A DNA stretch of 13,554 bases, taken from positions 1-13,554 of the forward strand of contig JAPLDX010000119.1 in the NCBI GenBank assembly GCA_026391215.1, written 5' to 3'. The DNA comes from Bacteroidia bacterium (GTDB lineage: Bacteria; Bacteroidota; Bacteroidia; Bacteroidales; VadinHA17). This document shows, piece after piece, positions 1-7,827 of this stretch (positions within the stretch are counted from its first letter, which is position 1; the number at the start of each line of letters is the position of its first letter). The notes beneath the pieces are model-generated. The model searched no databases. It worked only from the letters and a program-made list of their open reading frames with translations, and was not told where the DNA came from. The position numbers and the translations under genes are program-made.

Positions 1-129
1 GGCAGAGATGAAAGAGGAGTTATTACAATATATGTATTACTATAATCATGAAAGGCCTCACCAGGGTATAAATGGATTAACTCCTGCCAAATTTTTGGAA
101 AACTGTCCTCGAATTACTTAACATCTACA
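1..129 (+). mobile_element. Right end of an IS481-like insertion sequence; putative right inverted repeat at about 103-129
   Basis: The transposase stop (119-121) lies inside CTGTCCTCGAATTACTTAACATCTACA, which ends in ACA-3' (reverse complement starts TGTAGATGTT). This fits the 5'-TGT...ACA-3' ends of IS481 elements. The left end is not in the window, so the IR pair and target duplication cannot be confirmed. Confidence 0.7.
2..121 (+). CDS. IS481/IS3-superfamily transposase, integrase-core C-terminal fragment (5' end outside window)
   Basis: Not in the ORF track. Frame 2 reads AEMKEELLQYMYYYNHERPHQGINGLTPAKFLENCPRIT*. YNxxRPHxxxxxxTP is the hallmark C-terminal motif of rve-type DDE transposases (IS481/IS3). 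Confidence 0.85.
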   Translation, partial: AEMKEELLQYMYYYNHERPHQGINGLTPAKFLENCPRIT

Positions 130-170
130 ATTCCGAATGAAGCCGACGCCGGAGGCGTAATGAGGAATCT
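130..170. repeat. REP-like extragenic palindrome, apparently truncated by the IS
   Basis: Nested hairpin: ATTCC(130-134)/GGAAT(164-168) encloses ACGCC(146-150)-GGA-GGCGT(154-158). It resembles GTCATTCCGAnnGAA...GAGGAATCT-type repeats as I recall them from Bacteroidota genomes. Copy number cannot be seen here. Confidence 0.5.
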
Positions 171-284
171 CCCCGTTCTGGTCAGAGCATTGTAAAATAT
201 TGAACTTGTTATATATCAAACAACTATTTTTTATAATTTTAATCCCGGAAAAAAATCAGTTACAAAACTTTTAATTGAAGAAAT

Positions 285-725
285 ATGAACTTCTCAGACT
301 TTACAACACCCCAGGGCAAAAGAGTTAATAAGGAAGCATTTATTCATCTTGTGCAGATTTCAAGGACTGATAAGAAAATGAGCAAGGAAGAGCTTGACCT
401 TCTTCATAAGGAAGGAAGAAAATTCGGACTGACTGATCCTGAAATTGATGAGCTGATGCATACACACCGAAGCCATCATTATACTCCCCCCTATAGCCTT
501 GACGATAAATTCGCACATCTTTACCAGGTTGCCCAGATGATACTTGCCGACGAAGTTATCATGGAAAGCGAAAGGAAAATGATCAGAAAGTTTGCCATTG
601 AAGCGGGTTTCAGCGATAAAACTATCGAAAAACTGGTTGAATTACTTTTTACAGGCATCAAAAACGATGAATCTGAAGAAGATCTCCTGAAGGAATTCAG
701 GAAGAAACATCTGTTTAAGGACTAG
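285..725 (+). CDS. TerB-like (tellurite resistance TerB/DjlA N-terminal fold) protein
   Basis: 146 aa with two internal repeats of the TerB pattern, (A/T)D..(M/I)..(E/S)E...(L/I)......G(L/F): 'SRTDKKMSKEELDLLHKEGRKFGL' and 'ILADEVIMESERKMIRKFAIEAGF'. Confidence 0.7.
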   Translation: MNFSDFTTPQGKRVNKEAFIHLVQISRTDKKMSKEELDLLHKEGRKFGLTDPEIDELMHTHRSHHYTPPYSLDDKFAHLYQVAQMILADEVIMESERKMIRKFAIEAGFSDKTIEKLVELLFTGIKNDESEEDLLKEFRKKHLFKD

Positions 726-732
726 TTTAATA

Positions 733-782
733 AACCACCCCGTTATAACCCTGCGGGCATGACACCTCCCGCCAGAGAGGGA
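733..782. repeat. Degenerate two-hairpin GC-rich intergenic element (REP-like, may also act as terminator)
   Basis: ACCACCCC, then GTTAT-aa-CCC-TGC-GGG-c-ATGAC, then CCTCcC-GCCA-GaGAGG. It is a GC-rich island in an AT-rich spacer just after the TerB-like stop. Confidence 0.35.
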
Positions 783-803
783 CAGGCTCTCCTTTAAAAT
801 AAA

Positions 804-835
804 TTTGTTTAGTATCTAAACTATTTTTAATTTTG
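804..835 (+). promoter_or_regulatory. Bacteroidota primary-sigma promoter (-33 TTTG, -7 TAnnTTTG) for the marR-efflux operon
   Basis: TTTG at 804-807, a 20-nt spacer, then TAATTTTG at 828-835. This matches the Bacteroides consensus TTTG-N19-21-TAnnTTTG and lies 23 nt upstream of the marR ATG. Confidence 0.7.
807..821. promoter_or_regulatory. Putative MarR operator 1 (GTTTAG-TAT-CTAAAC)
   Basis: Perfect 6-bp inverted repeat with a 3-nt spacer. It has the same core as operator 2, 28 bp downstream, and overlaps the -33 element. Confidence 0.7.
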
Positions 836-856
836 TTTAGCATCTAAACAAAATTA
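828..856. promoter_or_regulatory. Putative MarR operator 2 (TAATTTTGTTTAG-CAT-CTAAACAAAATTA)
   Basis: Perfect 13-bp inverted repeat with a 3-nt spacer, covering the -7 element and ending 2 nt before the marR start codon. Confidence 0.75.
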
Positions 857-858
857 CT

Positions 859-1338
859 ATGAATAGCGAATTGCAATTACTGATTGACCAGTTCCTTAAA
901 ATCCTTCATCTCTATTCCGTTATTTCAAGGAAACCGGTTGATTACGGAACCGGGGATCTGCTGTATTTTACAGAGATCCACACTATTACAACTGTAGGTA
1001 AGAACAGGGAAATAAATATGACACACCTGGCCGAAAAAATGGGAGTTACCAGGGGGGCAATTTCCCAGACGATCAGGAAGCTTGAATCCAAAAACCTTGT
1101 ATTTAAATCGAATTCCAATAACAAAAAGGAATTCAACCTGAAGCTTTCCGAAAAGGGACAGATTGCCTATAAGGGGCAGATGTCATTTCAGAGGGAGATT
1201 TTCACATTCGCAGAAACACTCTATGAAAAAGGAACAGTGCAGAACAGGGAACTGGTAAAAGGTCTGTTTGAAGCCATCATCCACAATATGCAGGAGAGGG
1301 TGAAGGCCATGGAAGCAAATAAAAAAGTAAAATCATGA
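859..1338 (+). CDS. MarR-family transcriptional regulator
   Basis: 159 aa with winged HTH 'INMTHLAEKMGVTRGAISQTIRKLESKNLVFK...NKKEFNLKLSEKG'. First gene of an efflux operon, with an ATGA overlap into tolC. Confidence 0.93.
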   Translation: MNSELQLLIDQFLKILHLYSVISRKPVDYGTGDLLYFTEIHTITTVGKNREINMTHLAEKMGVTRGAISQTIRKLESKNLVFKSNSNNKKEFNLKLSEKGQIAYKGQMSFQREIFTFAETLYEKGTVQNRELVKGLFEAIIHNMQERVKAMEANKKVKS

Positions 1339-2684
1339 AAAACAGAGTATTACTGATTATTTTGATGATTCCTTCATTGCTGCAGGGCCAGCCCGTACTG
1401 GAAGAATATATCAGTTACGGCTTGGAGAATAACCTTGCCCTGAAACAAAAGCAGTCAGATTATGAAAGGAGCATCGAAGCCCTTAAAGAGGCAAAGGGTC
1501 TGTTTTATCCGGGAATAAGCTTCAATGCGCGTTATACAGTATCTGATGGCGGCCGCGTAATTGATTTCCCGGTCGGAGACCTTCTTAATCCGGTTTATGC
1601 AACACTGAACAGCCTCACTTCATCCAGTCTCTTCCCGATGATAGACAATCAGCAGATAAATTTTCTCCGGCCCACTGAGCATGAGACAAAGATGCGTCTT
1701 GTTCAACCTGTGATCAATACTGATATTTATTTTAATTCAAAGATCAGGAAAGAGATGACTCTTATAGGTGAGATGGACATCGGGCAATACAGGAGAGAGC
1801 TAACGGCTGAAATAAAAAAAGCTTACTACAATGCTGCAATGACAGATGCCCTGGTCTCAATGCTCCTTGACACCCGCAAGCTGCTGTTGGAGAATATCAG
1901 GGTCAACCGTAAGCTTATAAGCAATGATAAGATTACTGCCGATTACATTTATCGTTCCGAGGCTGAACTCAATAAGTTTGATCAGGAGCTTCAGAACGCA
2001 GAAAAGAATAATAAAATCGCCTGTGCTTATTTAAATTTCCTGTTAAACAGACATTTAGCTGACAGCATTATTATACAGCAGCCGGAAGTGTTCCCGGCGC
2101 TGTCACAGGTCTCTGATGATCATATAGTAACAGCCATTAAGAACAGGGAAGAGATCAGGAAGCTTGAGAATTATGAAAAGATTACAGGACTACAGGTCAA
2201 AATGAATCAGTCGCAGAAGCTGCCCGAGCTTTTTGCCGTTGCCGACTACGGATTCCAGGGTGAAAAATACGCCTTCAATAACGAGCAGGATTATATGCAG
2301 GCTTCAGCAGTACTAACATGGAACCTGTTTGAGGGATTCAGCAACAAGGCAAAGATAAGGCAGGCCGTTATCCAGAAGGAGATTGCCGGAAGCCAGCTGG
2401 AAGAAGCAAAAAAGCAAATTGAGCTGCAGGTTATTGATGCGCTGAATGAGCTTTCAACTGCAGACAAAGGCATTACTGCAGCTGAAAGCCGGTTAAAGAA
2501 TGCCCGGGAAAGCTACAGGATCGTGGAAAAAAAGTACGGGGAAGGGCAGGTAAGCCTTATTGAATATATTGATGCCAGGACCAGCATGACACAATCCGAA
2601 GAAAACCTTATAATTTCAAAATTCAAATACCTCTCATCATTTGCTGAATTTGAAAATATCACCGCAGTGAATAAAACAGAATAA
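1335..2684 (+). CDS. TolC-family outer membrane efflux protein
   Basis: 449 aa with a signal peptide and two OEP repeats ('GLENNLALK...YPGISF', 'LTWNLFEGF', 'KKYGEGQVSLIEYIDAR'). Sits upstream of MFP and RND genes. Confidence 0.93.
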   Translation: MKNRVLLIILMIPSLLQGQPVLEEYISYGLENNLALKQKQSDYERSIEALKEAKGLFYPGISFNARYTVSDGGRVIDFPVGDLLNPVYATLNSLTSSSLFPMIDNQQINFLRPTEHETKMRLVQPVINTDIYFNSKIRKEMTLIGEMDIGQYRRELTAEIKKAYYNAAMTDALVSMLLDTRKLLLENIRVNRKLISNDKITADYIYRSEAELNKFDQELQNAEKNNKIACAYLNFLLNRHLADSIIIQQPEVFPALSQVSDDHIVTAIKNREEIRKLENYEKITGLQVKMNQSQKLPELFAVADYGFQGEKYAFNNEQDYMQASAVLTWNLFEGFSNKAKIRQAVIQKEIAGSQLEEAKKQIELQVIDALNELSTADKGITAAESRLKNARESYRIVEKKYGEGQVSLIEYIDARTSMTQSEENLIISKFKYLSSFAEFENITAVNKTE

Positions 2685-2694
2685 CTAAAATATA

Positions 2695-3726
2695 ATGAAA
2701 AGAATAATTTTAAGTGCATGTTTTCTCCTCTTTCTGCCGGGCGGTTGCAGGAACGATACTGTCCCGGCACCAAAGACGGAAACCACAAGGGTCAGGGTTG
2801 TAAGCATAATTCCGGAGGATGTCAGTATTTCTGTACATTCAAGCGGAATTCTGACGTCGGAGGAAGAGATAAAGCTATCCTTTAAAACAGGAGGCATTGT
2901 TGCCACGATAAATGTAAAGGAGGGAGATAATGTAAAAAAAGGAGATATCATTGCTGCCCTTAACCTGGCTGAGATAAATGCAAATGTCGATATGGCCAGG
3001 AACGGATATGAAAAAGCCCGTCGTGACTGGACCCGTGCCAAAAGCCTTTACGGCGACACAGTAGCTACACTGGAGCAGTTCCAGAATGCAACCACTGCAC
3101 TGAATGTTGCAAAATCTAATTTAGAGATTGCCGGGTTCAACCTTTTGCATTCAACTATCAAGGCTCCCGGTGACGGCATTGTGCTCAGGCAGCTGGTCAA
3201 GCAAAATGAGCTTGTTCCCGCAGGTTACCCGGTCTTTCTTTTCGGTACCAGAGGAAAGTTCTGGAAAGTAAGATCCAGTATCTCGGATCGCGATATAGTC
3301 AGAATAAATCCCGGTGATTCGGCTGATGTTGTCATTGATGCTTATCCCGGAGTAAAATTTCCTGCAGTTGTCGATCAGGTAAGCGGAATATCGAATCCCA
3401 TGACCGGCACTTTTGAAACTGAACTTAGTCTTGACGGAATGGGACACCGGCTTGCTTCCGGGTTTATTGCCGGAGTTGATATTTTCCCGTCAGGGAAAAA
3501 GGTTTATGTCATGCTGCCGGTGGGAGCAATTGTTGAAGCTGACGGACAAACAGGCTATATATATTCTGTTACAGATTCAGGAACTGTGGTAAAACACAAG
3601 ATTGATATTGAGGCAATTAAAGGAGATGATGCCGCAGTGAAAGGCATTCCTGATATGGTCAGAACCATAGTTACTGAAGGAGCAGCATATCTCAGGGATG
3701 GGATGAAAATTGAAGTAGTAAAATAG
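2695..3726 (+). CDS. RND efflux periplasmic adaptor (membrane fusion protein), probable lipoprotein
   Basis: 343 aa. Lipoprotein-like signal ending LPGGC, lipoyl halves 'LSFKTGGIVATINVKEGDNVKKGDIIA' and 'TIKAPGDGIV', and a short coiled-coil hairpin between them. Confidence 0.93.
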   Translation: MKRIILSACFLLFLPGGCRNDTVPAPKTETTRVRVVSIIPEDVSISVHSSGILTSEEEIKLSFKTGGIVATINVKEGDNVKKGDIIAALNLAEINANVDMARNGYEKARRDWTRAKSLYGDTVATLEQFQNATTALNVAKSNLEIAGFNLLHSTIKAPGDGIVLRQLVKQNELVPAGYPVFLFGTRGKFWKVRSSISDRDIVRINPGDSADVVIDAYPGVKFPAVVDQVSGISNPMTGTFETELSLDGMGHRLASGFIAGVDIFPSGKKVYVMLPVGAIVEADGQTGYIYSVTDSGTVVKHKIDIEAIKGDDAAVKGIPDMVRTIVTEGAAYLRDGMKIEVVK

Positions 3727-3818
3727 TCATGCAAGTCGTGCAAGTCGTGCAAGTCGTGCAGGTCGATCGGCCTGGGATGGACTTGCAGGACTGGCAAGAC
3801 CTGCAGGACCTGCAAGAC
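3726..3818. repeat. Inverted array of 9-bp tandem repeats forming a 93-nt imperfect hairpin
   Basis: Left arm: GTCATGCAA GTCGTGCAA GTCGTGCAA GTCGTGCAG GTC (3726-3764). Right arm: GACTTGCAG GACTGGCAA GACCTGCAG GACCTGCAA GAC (3780-3818). The arms are reverse-complementary at 31 of 39 positions, plus one G-U pair. Confidence 0.92.
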
Positions 3819-3825
3819 AAACTTT

Positions 3826-6800
3826 ATGAAGATATCAGAATTAGCAGTAAAAAACTATCAATTCACGATAGTAGTCTTTCTCCTCCTGGTTTCACTTGGG
3901 ATATATTCTTTCCTGGAGATACCTCAGTCAGAAGATCCTGAATTCCCGATAGCTATTTTCCCGATAGTGGCGGTATATCCGGGTGCTTCTCCTTCAGATA
4001 TTGAGGAACTTGTTGTGGAGAAAGTAGAAAAGAGCCTGAATGAGCTTGAAGATATTGACAGGGTTAAGAGTGAGATCAAGGAAGGTGTGGCAATTATAGT
4101 GGTGGAATTCTCTTCAGAATCGGATCCTGATGAGTCATATGATGAGCTGATGAGCCAGGTCAATTCGGTTAAGCCCTCATTGCCCGAAGATCTTTACAGC
4201 ATAGATGTTATTAAGATCCAGGCAGGAAATACAAATGTAATACAGAGCGCCTTGGTATCGGAAACTGCAGAATACTCGGAACTTGGAAGACTGGCAGAAG
4301 ATCTTAAGGATGAAATATCAACTCTTCCTGGAATAAGAAAAACTAGTGCAGTCGCTTATCCTAAACAGGAGTTAAGCATAGAAGTGAATCTGCCGAAAAT
4401 GGCACAGTTGCATATTACTGTCAGCCAGGTAATTAATGCAATACAAAGTGAAAATGCCAACATCCCTGGAGGGAGCATTGATATTGGCTCCAAGAAATTT
4501 AATGTGACCACCAGCGGAAGCTATCAGAATATTGAACAAGTCCGGAGTACGGTAGTCGGCAATAATATGGGGCAGCTTGTTTATCTGAAAGATATTGCCA
4601 ATGTAAGCTGGGGTTATGAAGACCTGAAATATTTCGGCCGGTACAACGGTAAGAATGCAGCATTCATTACTGCAAGTATGAAAACGGGAGAGAATATACA
4701 TGATGTTCGCAATTCCATATACAATATTTATGATACATTCGATAAAAAGCTCCCTGCGGGTATAATCCTTGAAAGAGGCTTTGACCAGGCTGAAAATGTA
4801 AAAGTAAAGCTTGGCAGGCTTGAGCGTGATTTCCTCTTCGCTTTCCTGCTTGTGCTTATTACCTTAATGCCGCTTGGATTCAGAGCCTCAGGCATTGTCA
4901 TGATATCCATACCGTTATCTGTCATGATCGGGTTTACGGGCCTCTACCTGGCAGGTTTCAGCATAAACCAGCTCAGCATTGTCGGAGCAGTTGTTGCGCT
5001 GGGTCTGCTTGTCGATGATTCAATAGTTGTTGTTGAGAATATCTCAAGGTGGGTAAGGGGAGGCACCAAGCCCAGGGAAGCGGCAATAAAAGCAACAAAT
5101 CAGATCGGACTGGCAGTATTAGGGTGTACAGCGACGCTTATTTTTGCGTTTCTTCCCCTGATGTTTCTGCCGGGAAAGGCAGGTCAGTATATGCGTGTTT
5201 TCCCAACAGCCGTCGGTTTTATTGTGCTGGGATCACTGTTTGTCGCTCTTACCATAATACCGTTCATTACAAGTATTACTTTCAAAGGGAATGTGGATCC
5301 AAGGGGAAATATTGTTCTGAGGGGATTTCACAAAGCCATTGATTTCACCTATGGACGCGCACTGCACTGGTGCCTTGATAATCCCGGCAAGAGTGTCCTG
5401 CTTGCTGCCATATTCTTTTTCAGTTCTCTTTTCCTTGTCAGGCTGATAGGATTCAGTCTTTTCCCGAAAGCCGGAGTACCGCAGTTTTTTATAACTATCG
5501 AAGCTCCCAGGGGCAGCAATATTACAGAAACCGATAAGGCGGTAAGATTTGTTGAGTCAGTTCTGAAGGAGAGGCCGGAAGTTGTATATTTTATGTCAAA
5601 TGTCGGAAAAGGGAATCCGATGATCTATTATAATTCTTTCCAGAAAAGTGAACAATCAACCACAGGGGAAATCCTCTGTGAGGTAAAGAGGGACATTGTT
5701 CCTGAACTTGGCAGTTTTATCGATGAACTCAGGGATACCCTGAACACTTATATAAATGCAAGGATTTATGTGAATGAATTTGAAAATGGCGCTCCTGTTG
5801 ATGCCCCCATAGCCATGAGGATTGTAGGGAATGATCTTGATACCCTGAAACGCTATTCAGGTTTGATCGAAGATATTTTCAGATCTCATGAAGCAACGAC
5901 ATATATTAAAAATCCTCTCAGCCAGTCGCTTACAGGGATTAAAATTGGCATTAATACTGAAAAGGCAGCTGTATTTGGTGTACCTGCAGTGGAAATTGAC
6001 AGAACAATAAGACTCGGCCTTGCAGGGATCGTTGCCGGCAAATACCGTGATACCGACGGAAAGGAATATTCTATAAATGTCAGGCTGCCAAGGGAAGAAA
6101 CAGGTTCTGTCAGGGCATTTGACAATATTTATGTTTCATCGCTTACCGGAGCCCAGATCCCCCTTTCACAGCTCGCAAGTATTGGATTTTCAAACTCCCC
6201 AACGTATATCGATCATTATAACAACGAAAGATCAATGACTGTATCTTCTTCAGTGCGAACAGGTTACAATACTGATAATGTGACCAGGGAGATCTTGAAA
6301 GAAATTGATAAGCTTGATCTCCCTGAGGGTTTTAAGATAATTGAGGCTGGTGAAATTGAAAGCCGTAAAGAGAGTTTTGAAGGAATAGGGACAGCAATAT
6401 TGATTGCAATTTTCGGAATATTTGCAGTGCTGATACTCGAATTCAGGACATTCAAGAGTACGCTTATAGTCCTTTCAGTGATCCCGTTAGGAATAATCGG
6501 AGGACTATTAATGCTCTGGATTACAGGTTATACTCTCTCATTTGCAGCTGCTGTTGGTTTTGTTGCTCTTATAGGGATTGAAATCAAAAACTCGATATTG
6601 CTTGTGGATTTCACCAACCAGCTCAGGGAGGAAGGAGTTTCTCTCAATGATGCCATAATCAGGGCCGGCGAAATAAGATTCCTTCCGGTATTGCTTACAA
6701 CGCTTACAGCTATCGGAGGTCTGCTGCCCATTGCGTTGAGTCATTCCGCATTGTATGCTCCGCTGGCTTTTGTAATTATTGGAGGACTCATAACATCAAC

Positions 6801-6861
6801 TCTCCTGGCAAGACTGGTTACGCCGGTCATGTACAAGCTTATACCGCCGAAAATTCAATAA
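3826..6861 (+). CDS. RND efflux permease subunit (AcrB/AcrD/AcrF family)
   Basis: 1011 aa with RND topology: 'VYPGASPSDIEELV', TM4 'GLLVDDSIVVVENI', TM10 'IEIKNSILLVDF', TM11 'IRFLPVLLTTLT'. Equivalents of the AcrB proton-relay residues D407, D408, K940, R971 and T978 are present. Confidence 0.96.
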   Translation: MKISELAVKNYQFTIVVFLLLVSLGIYSFLEIPQSEDPEFPIAIFPIVAVYPGASPSDIEELVVEKVEKSLNELEDIDRVKSEIKEGVAIIVVEFSSESDPDESYDELMSQVNSVKPSLPEDLYSIDVIKIQAGNTNVIQSALVSETAEYSELGRLAEDLKDEISTLPGIRKTSAVAYPKQELSIEVNLPKMAQLHITVSQVINAIQSENANIPGGSIDIGSKKFNVTTSGSYQNIEQVRSTVVGNNMGQLVYLKDIANVSWGYEDLKYFGRYNGKNAAFITASMKTGENIHDVRNSIYNIYDTFDKKLPAGIILERGFDQAENVKVKLGRLERDFLFAFLLVLITLMPLGFRASGIVMISIPLSVMIGFTGLYLAGFSINQLSIVGAVVALGLLVDDSIVVVENISRWVRGGTKPREAAIKATNQIGLAVLGCTATLIFAFLPLMFLPGKAGQYMRVFPTAVGFIVLGSLFVALTIIPFITSITFKGNVDPRGNIVLRGFHKAIDFTYGRALHWCLDNPGKSVLLAAIFFFSSLFLVRLIGFSLFPKAGVPQFFITIEAPRGSNITETDKAVRFVESVLKERPEVVYFMSNVGKGNPMIYYNSFQKSEQSTTGEILCEVKRDIVPELGSFIDELRDTLNTYINARIYVNEFENGAPVDAPIAMRIVGNDLDTLKRYSGLIEDIFRSHEATTYIKNPLSQSLTGIKIGINTEKAAVFGVPAVEIDRTIRLGLAGIVAGKYRDTDGKEYSINVRLPREETGSVRAFDNIYVSSLTGAQIPLSQLASIGFSNSPTYIDHYNNERSMTVSSSVRTGYNTDNVTREILKEIDKLDLPEGFKIIEAGEIESRKESFEGIGTAILIAIFGIFAVLILEFRTFKSTLIVLSVIPLGIIGGLLMLWITGYTLSFAAAVGFVALIGIEIKNSILLVDFTNQLREEGVSLNDAIIRAGEIRFLPVLLTTLTAIGGLLPIALSHSALYAPLAFVIIGGLITSTLLARLVTPVMYKLIPPKIQ

Positions 6862-7001
6862 GAGCCTGGAACCCATTATAGAAAGTCTTGTTTAAGGGAA
6901 TACCCCTTCTGATAATATATTTAATAAGTATCTATCTTATGTTATAATATTTTCCTAACTTGTAAGGATCAAAACCCGATCTGTAACTAAACATAATTAA
7001 T

Positions 7002-7514
7002 ATGAGAATTCTTATTACTGGATGTATTGTATTTGTGATCTGGTGCTTTTTTTCCGCATGGCTGTATAACGACCACCTTTTGCCAGCGCTCAGAAAACCG
7101 GCTGCGGTTGTAACAGTACCGGAAACAGTGACCAGAGAGGCAGATTCTTTAATGAAACTTAAAGCAATGATGCCAAAGGACCTCACGATCTATTTTGAAT
7201 TCAATGACGCAAAATTCAAAGCAGATCCGCAAAATGACAACAGCATTGCTGAATTTAAGGCATGGCTGGATAAATATCCGGGTTCAATGCTTTCCGTAAC
7301 AGGCAATACTGACTTGGTGGGAACCCCTGATTTCAATATGGATCTTGGGCAGAAAAGAGCTGAAATTGTTGGCAAATACCTTGAAAGTAAGGGAATTAAT
7401 GCTTCCAGGATAATCACACAGTCACTGGGAGAAACCAAGCCTGCCGCTGGTTATATCACCAAAGAGGAGAGAGCAAAGAATAGAAGAACAGAAATAACAA
7501 TTAAACTCAACTAA
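7002..7514 (+). CDS. OmpA-family (OmpA C-terminal peptidoglycan-binding domain) protein with N-terminal membrane anchor
   Basis: 170 aa with a hydrophobic N-terminus, then 'IYFEFNDA...VTGNTDLVG...NMDLGQKRAEIVGKYL...SLGETKP...RAKNRRTEI'. Confidence 0.92.
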   Translation: MRILITGCIVFVIWCFFSAWLYNDHLLPALRKPAAVVTVPETVTREADSLMKLKAMMPKDLTIYFEFNDAKFKADPQNDNSIAEFKAWLDKYPGSMLSVTGNTDLVGTPDFNMDLGQKRAEIVGKYLESKGINASRIITQSLGETKPAAGYITKEERAKNRRTEITIKLN

Positions 7515-7515
7515 T

Positions 7516-7827
7516 ATGACACAATTATTTATACCACTCGCATCTGTTACCGGAGCAGTCATTACTATCATAGCTTTGCTCCTGGTTGCAGCAATCATAG
7601 GCTATTTTACAGCATGGTTCTATGCCAAGTCAGTATATACCCCTATCATTAAAGGCCTTGAAGCGGAAAAAGCCGACCTGCAGAAACAGGTTGCCGAACT
7701 GAAGGATAATGTCAGCAAGCTGAATAACAAGGTTGATGATCTGAATGGAAAGATCGCAAAACTTGAAGAAGATGCAGCAAAAAAGGATAAGGAGATAAAA
7801 GAGCTGAAAAATAGAATAAAGGAATAA
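7516..7827 (+). CDS. Hypothetical single-TM protein with C-terminal coiled coil
   Basis: 103 aa starting 1 nt after the OmpA-domain gene stop. Hydrophobic segment 'AVITIIALLLVAAIIGYFTAWFY' followed by a clean heptad repeat. Confidence 0.8.
   Translation: MTQLFIPLASVTGAVITIIALLLVAAIIGYFTAWFYAKSVYTPIIKGLEAEKADLQKQVAELKDNVSKLNNKVDDLNGKIAKLEEDAAKKDKEIKELKNRIKE

Noticed and set aside
206-241. TTGTT-N8-AACAA palindrome and TAATTTTA promoter-like box upstream of the TerB-like gene
   Set aside because: Short AT-rich matches expected by chance, and the spacing to a -33 element does not fit.
3555-3815. Minus-strand 86-aa ORF (QVLQVL...DLHDLHDLHD)
   Set aside because: It mirrors the palindromic repeat, starts at TTG and runs antisense into the MFP gene. 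No independent coding evidence.
3726-3818. CRISPR array interpretation of the repeats
   Set aside because: Units are 9 nt and contiguous with no unique spacers, and there are no cas genes in the window.
6894-6908. AAGGG-AATAC-CCCTT hairpin after the RND gene as a terminator
   Set aside because: Only a 5-bp stem with a poor U-tract, too weak to call.
7299-7316. GNTD instead of GHTD in the OmpA-C motif
   Set aside because: Asn at this position occurs in functional Pal/OmpA-C proteins, and the key Asp and Arg are retained.
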